Shown here: in pieces, positions 59,587 through 64,000 of the stretch | Layout of the letters: every line of letters begins with the position of its first letter | How positions within the stretch are numbered: position 1 is the first letter of the stretch | Virus record (IMG/VR): IMGVR_UViG_3300027834_000001 | Strand: one strand, 5' to 3' | DNA length: 64,000 nt | Source: an uncultured virus (IMG/VR IMGVR_UViG_3300027834_000001) | Lineage: Duplodnaviria > Heunggongvirae > Uroviricota > Caudoviricetes | The notes under the pieces: generated by a model | Databases searched by the model: none | What the model saw: the letters and a program-made list of their open reading frames with translations, nothing else | What the model was told of the DNA's origin: nothing | Translations under genes and position numbers: made by a program

Positions 59587-59831
59587 TGGAATTCATTGAT
59601 GGGTGTTTCAACTTCTGCACGTATGATGCAGACCTTAATGAAGTTATCTGGTGGGACTTGCAGAAGCACCCGACAGTGAAACCTGAATACCAAGTTCTTC
59701 GGCAGTTCGGCACAACGACAGTTGAGGACTACGACGGAAACGTTCTTAAATTGAAAGGCGAAGAGCCATACAAAGCGGTGATCCTGTTCGCCACGATGCT
59801 CGGCCTCAAGGAAGCGGCGAGAGAGGAGTAA
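59586..59831 (+). CDS. Hypothetical protein
   Basis: AGGAGG RBS, TGATG coupling. Confidence 0.6.
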   Translation: MEFIDGCFNFCTYDADLNEVIWWDLQKHPTVKPEYQVLRQFGTTTVEDYDGNVLKLKGEEPYKAVILFATMLGLKEAAREE

Positions 59832-59979
59832 TCCTCTCAGCCTACTGGTGATCTTCGCTTCCTCTTGGGCTCCCACCTCGTTTTTCGCCGATACCGATAA
59901 TCCCCGACGGATTTTCGCCGACATTGTTAATCCGAAGGACGAAGAAGAAGACGATCTCCATCTCCAGGAAAGAAGAGGA

Positions 59980-60165
59980 TCACTCCTCTCCCTCCTTCCA
60001 TCCGTGGTCCACTTCGCAACTCAGGCTTCCCGCGCTATCAGGCTGGTAGAAATCCATCAGCCGTTCTATGCAATCCTCGCCAGTCAAGGCATGGTCCAAA
60101 ACATAAACCTCTGGCACGGTGGTCTCTGCGCTCCAAAGGGTCAGTAGCAATACAAATTTCACCAT
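59980..60165 (-). CDS. Small exported hypothetical protein
   Basis: MVKFVLLLTLW signal-like segment, GGAGG RBS, two Cys. Confidence 0.55.
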   Translation of the reverse strand: MVKFVLLLTLWSAETTVPEVYVLDHALTGEDCIERLMDFYQPDSAGSLSCEVDHGWKEGEE

Positions 60166-60166
60166 A

Positions 60167-60322
60167 TCAAAACGCCTCCACATAGCAAAGCCCAAAGGCA
60201 TCAACGTAATGCTGGCAAGCCGCAACGGTTCCGGTGTAAATCACCTTGTCCGTATAGCGGTCCTTTACATAGGCGCGGTCGGGTGCAGTAGCAGGGGTCT
60301 TTTTTGCAAATCGCTTAAACAT
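60167..60322 (-). CDS. Small hypothetical protein
   Basis: AAGGA RBS on the minus strand before MFKRFAKK. Confidence 0.55.
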   Translation of the reverse strand: MFKRFAKKTPATAPDRAYVKDRYTDKVIYTGTVAACQHYVDAFGLCYVEAF

Positions 60323-60519
60323 TGTGTGTTCCTTTGTTTTGGTTGTCCTATTGTTATGCACTAGAAATAGGGCAGAATTAAGGCGGATTGTACTTTGTTT
60401 GGAAACTAACTGTTTCCGACCTTAGTGCATTTTTTACTTTACATATGCCGCGCTCGGCATTAGGTTAAGGGCAGGCCAAGCAATAACGCACTGGCCACAA
60501 CCAAAGTAAGGAACTAACA

Positions 60520-60909
60520 ATGGCTACCGCAACAAACAAGAAAGCCCCTACCGCAACCAAGCGCAAGGCACCAGCCGCCACCGCCGCCACAGGCAGCGGC
60601 ACTGTGGCCACTACCAAGCAGGCCACAGGCAGCAAGGCAGCACAAGCAGCAGCCCCACAAGCCCCCCTGTTTACCGTTGGCACCCTGCCCCCCGTGCGCC
60701 CCGGAACACACCGTGCTTACGCGCAAGCCGTGGCTGTGGCACTGGCCAAGGAGCACAAGGCTGGCTTCACTCTGGCTCAGTTCAAGGCGGCACTGGTAGC
60801 AGGTGCAGCAGCGAGCAGCGTGGCACCGCCGCGCGGTGGATGGGCCGCGCATAACATGCCTACATGGATGGCCAATACGAACCAGTCCTGGCTCGTGGCC
60901 ACCAAGTAA
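60520..60909 (+). CDS. Basic Ala/Thr/Lys-rich protein, putative DNA-binding
   Basis: TAAGGA RBS. Only one acidic residue in 129 aa. Confidence 0.65.
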   Translation: MATATNKKAPTATKRKAPAATAATGSGTVATTKQATGSKAAQAAAPQAPLFTVGTLPPVRPGTHRAYAQAVAVALAKEHKAGFTLAQFKAALVAGAAASSVAPPRGGWAAHNMPTWMANTNQSWLVATK

Positions 60910-61364
60910 CACAAGGCACCAAGGGAAGGGCTGGCGCAAGCTGGCCCGACCCACCGACCGGACAGACCCGGCCCCCTCGACGGTCCTGAGACGGACTGTG
61001 CTACGTGCGACCCCGCCTAGCCGGAGTTAGACCACATCCCTCCAATCCTGGAAAGACACAAAACACTTGTCACCCGAAACCCAACCCGCTAAAATAAATA
61101 AACACCAGAACACTATTAGGGATCCAGGATTTTGATTATCAAATGCACAAAGACGCAGTGGCAAGTCATAGTCGGCGCTATGATTGACAGGAAGAAGAAC
61201 GCCAACCCGCCCCTGAATGCGTTCGGCAATAGGCTCCATGATGATATGCTAAATGCGTACATACATGATGAGAATATTGTAGACCTCAGAGAATCGGACT
61301 GAACAGATTTTTAGACCCGTGGTGCGCGCCCGCCTCCTTGGGCACGATTTGAAAGGGATAACCG

Positions 61365-61712
61365 ATGAACCCAGCGACAGAAGTAGACAATCTATGGAAC
61401 AAGGCACTAGAGCATCTTGATTGGGATGAAAAGAACGGTGACCACGTTCTCGAAGTTAGCGTGGAGACGCGGATGACTCTTCAGAAGCAGAATTATGATT
61501 GGTGGGACGGGAACTTCAATTATAATGTGGACAAGGGATGCTGGTTCTTCCGAGGTTGCTTCAAGGTGAAGGTGATCTATCAACCATTTCCTGAGGCTTC
61601 TTACGTAGCAAAAGAGGTCCCGATGTGGCACTTCATGGCGATCCACGTTCAGCGTAGCAACGGCCGCTTTCGCTATATCGATTGGGAGGGAAACGATGAG
61701 CGGTGTACTTAA
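61365..61712 (+). CDS. Hypothetical protein
   Basis: AAGGGA RBS, 115 aa. Confidence 0.55.
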   Translation: MNPATEVDNLWNKALEHLDWDEKNGDHVLEVSVETRMTLQKQNYDWWDGNFNYNVDKGCWFFRGCFKVKVIYQPFPEASYVAKEVPMWHFMAIHVQRSNGRFRYIDWEGNDERCT

Positions 61713-62001
61713 TCACTGTACGTTCTATCTGACACACAAGATACTTCAGATGGAGATGTATCGGTTCCGAGCGAAGATATCCAAGGACAGTGATATCGAC
61801 ATCAATCTGATGACAGGGATCGTTACGGTTGGCGAGTTGCGCACCTTCCACAAAGTAATGAAGAGCCCAAGTGAGATGCGTGAGCGGATGCAAGGCGTAG
61901 ACTGGCATGGATACACGTTCCATGACAGTATCCGCAGTGTGTCGCCGGACCTTGTTCACTGGCTCAATCAGGAGGTTGCTCGGCATGTCAGACACTACTA
62001 A
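61696..62001 (+). CDS. Hypothetical protein
   Basis: GGAGG RBS. Confidence 0.55.
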   Translation: MSGVLNHCTFYLTHKILQMEMYRFRAKISKDSDIDINLMTGIVTVGELRTFHKVMKSPSEMRERMQGVDWHGYTFHDSIRSVSPDLVHWLNQEVARHVRHY

Positions 62002-62299
62002 GAGTCTCGTCGGGAAGATGTTCTCACGCAGAGGAACTGGCTTCTGGCTTGTTCTGTCACAAAATCCGGATTATGGATACTGCCACCTCCTTGGGCTAGA
62101 CAAGGATTTCAATGTTGAGACCACGGCTTCATATCAGCCGCACTATATTGAGAGAAAGAAGACAGTTCGCTGGATCAATATCGAAGACATCAGATTTACG
62201 AATGAAGAACCTATCATGTGTCCTCATGAAGAAACAACAATCTGCACTATAACGGGCGACACTGTCTGTGTGTATTGCATGGAGACACTGAATGATTAG
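61985..62299 (+). CDS. Hypothetical protein, C-terminal Cys cluster
   Basis: AGGAGG RBS, CPH...C...C..C. Confidence 0.55.
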   Translation: MSDTTKSLVGKMFSRRGTGFWLVLSQNPDYGYCHLLGLDKDFNVETTASYQPHYIERKKTVRWINIEDIRFTNEEPIMCPHEETTICTITGDTVCVYCMETLND

Positions 62300-62474
62300 G
62301 ATAATAATCATATTCATTATAGTTTCTCTAGCAGTTCACTTTATAGCAATAATAGAATATCCACTTTTGTTATCTCCTGTTGAATATTTGTTTTATAACT
62401 TGACAGGTATTTGTCCTAATAGGGTTATTTGGTATGGACTTAATGAATGTAATATAAGAGGATTAAAATGGTAA
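62292..62474 (+). CDS. Small membrane protein, AT-rich
   Basis: Hydrophobic N-terminus. Confidence 0.5.
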   Translation: MIRIIIIFIIVSLAVHFIAIIEYPLLLSPVEYLFYNLTGICPNRVIWYGLNECNIRGLKW

Positions 62475-62905
62475 TTCTAAAAAGACCAATCCAACACCTA
62501 GTGACAGACGGGAGGCGGCATCTGGTCTGTCTGCCATACTCCGTGAAATACCTACATATGATGGCGGCGCAGGTAGGGATCGGTAAGCACTGGTTCCATA
62601 GAGATCATTACGATATACCAGTCACGAGAAGACAGTCGATTGAACAGGCAGCTTTACAAGTGAGCCCAAAGAGCATAGTTAGGTTGATCCACGCCCATAA
62701 TAATCCTGTGAGGACTTTACGAATGGAACAAGGGCTACCATCTTCAACGGCAGAGAACCTAGACCATGAGGCGAGGTTACATCTGCACTACACGAAACAA
62801 GGTAAGACAGGAGTTCATTATTGTCCAAGTTGGCAATACATGGCGATACACGACAAATCGGCAGAGTTTGAGGCTTGCCAGTGCGACCTTGAAAAGCTAA
62901 GGTGA
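62468..62905 (+). CDS. DUF4031-like protein
   Basis: HL....LH.MA..VGI...WF...HYDI. Confidence 0.6.
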   Translation: MVILKRPIQHLVTDGRRHLVCLPYSVKYLHMMAAQVGIGKHWFHRDHYDIPVTRRQSIEQAALQVSPKSIVRLIHAHNNPVRTLRMEQGLPSSTAENLDHEARLHLHYTKQGKTGVHYCPSWQYMAIHDKSAEFEACQCDLEKLR

Positions 62906-62909
62906 CCCA

Positions 62910-63113
62910 ATGAGCAATAATCCTCCTGATGTGATCATTCACCTAAGTCTGGCAGATGCCACTATGCTTCGCGAAGATTGTGAGGTAGCAATGGCGCAGC
63001 TTCTTGGGCTTCTCAATGAAGCAGAACGGAAAGAATACGCAGAAAAGCTGGCTCGGTTACTTGAATTTAAGAAAAATGTCTTGGAAGCCACCCGTATCGG
63101 ATTGATGGATTAA
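62910..63113 (+). CDS. Hypothetical protein
   Basis: 67 aa, coupled to terL. Confidence 0.5.
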   Translation: MSNNPPDVIIHLSLADATMLREDCEVAMAQLLGLLNEAERKEYAEKLARLLEFKKNVLEATRIGLMD

Positions 63114-64000
63114 TGACCAAGCAATATCCAAAGAATGTAATCTGGAGACCCATGCCTGGATCGCAGGAAGCATTTCTTGCGGCGACACCAATCTTCGAGG
63201 TCCTCTTTGAGGGAACCCGTGGCGGCGGTAAGACCGACAGTCTACTGATGTCTTTCTGTATGCACGTAGACAAGGGATACGGGGCAGCATGGAAGGGAAT
63301 TCTGTTCCGGCAAACCTACAAGCAATTGACTGACGTTATCTCGAAGACCAAGAAATGGATCCCGCAGATTTGGCCTCAGGCGAAGTTCAACCATTCGGAA
63401 CACACGTGGACTTGGCCGACAGGAGAGCAGCTTCTTCTGCGTCAGTTCGCAAAAGAGTCAGACTATGATAACTACCACGGCCATGAATATCCGTGGATCG
63501 GGTGGGAAGAACTCTGCAACTGGCCCAACGACAAGGGCTACAAGAAGATGATGTCCACTTGCCGCTCCTCGCAGAAGGGGATGCCGCGTATGTGTCGGGC
63601 CACAACGAACCCTAGCGGTCCGGGACACAATTGGGTGAAGAACAGGTTCAAACCACAGAGCCTGAATATGGTGGTCCGCAAAGATATCATGGACGAGGAT
63701 GGTGCGCGTGAGCCTAGCAGGCTGAGCATCAAGTCCCACATCGACGAGAATATTGCTCTGCTTGAAGCGGATCCAGATTATAAGCAGAAAATCGCCGCGT
63801 CAGCGGATAACGAAGCCCAGAAGAAGGCTTGGTTGGACGGCTCTTGGGATATCGTCTCCGGCGGCATGTTCGATGATGTATGGGATCCTAAGTACAATGT
63901 GGTTCTGCCATTTGATATTCCTGGCAATTGGAAGATTACGAGGAGTTTCGATTGGGGCGCGTCAAAGCCTTTCTCTGTGGGCTGGTGGGCAATCAGCAAT
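63113..64000 (+). CDS. terL: Terminase large subunit, 3'-truncated by window edge (absent from ORF track)
   Basis: Manual translation gives MTKQYPKNVIWRPMPGSQ..., Walker A EGTRGGGKT, Walker B IGWEEL, RATTNPSGPGHNWVK and RSFDWG. Confidence 0.93.
   Translation, partial: MTKQYPKNVIWRPMPGSQEAFLAATPIFEVLFEGTRGGGKTDSLLMSFCMHVDKGYGAAWKGILFRQTYKQLTDVISKTKKWIPQIWPQAKFNHSEHTWTWPTGEQLLLRQFAKESDYDNYHGHEYPWIGWEELCNWPNDKGYKKMMSTCRSSQKGMPRMCRATTNPSGPGHNWVKNRFKPQSLNMVVRKDIMDEDGAREPSRLSIKSHIDENIALLEADPDYKQKIAASADNEAQKKAWLDGSWDIVSGGMFDDVWDPKYNVVLPFDIPGNWKITRSFDWGASKPFSVGWWAISN

Overview
Near-complete genome of a lytic-looking dsDNA siphovirus, opened inside the portal gene and ending inside the large terminase, so the genome is probably only slightly longer than 64 kb. 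Gene order and GTA-like tail-tip genes suggest a YuA/M6- or RDJL-like phage of an alphaproteobacterial host (inference). Almost all genes are on the + strand. The modules are head-tail morphogenesis (1-21.5 kb, with a -1 frameshifted tail chaperone), lysis (21.5-23.3 kb) and a repeat-rich ori-like gap (23.3-23.6 kb). Replication and nucleotide metabolism follow (23.6-44.6 kb): SNF2 and RecD-like helicases, class II RNR, PolA, primase-helicase, ligase, and a thymidine-hypermodification cluster of 5-hmdU DNA kinase, glycosyltransferase, dUMP hydroxymethylase-like and HD hydrolase. The window ends with a promoter-cassette accessory region (44.6-58 kb) and a split terS...terL region. Main observations: (1) a conserved unknown protein followed by a ~350-nt structured RNA with a circularly permuted tRNA core (45336-46440); (2) dispersed GC-rich islands almost free of GA/TC dinucleotides that share CCAGCGCGTCCRYAG and CACAGGCMGC motifs; (3) a hypermodification pathway predicted to glycosylate rather than amino-acylate hmdU; (4) a small protein stitched from PolA signature motifs; (5) a prohead protease displaced into the replication module. 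All family assignments come from motif recognition, not database searches.
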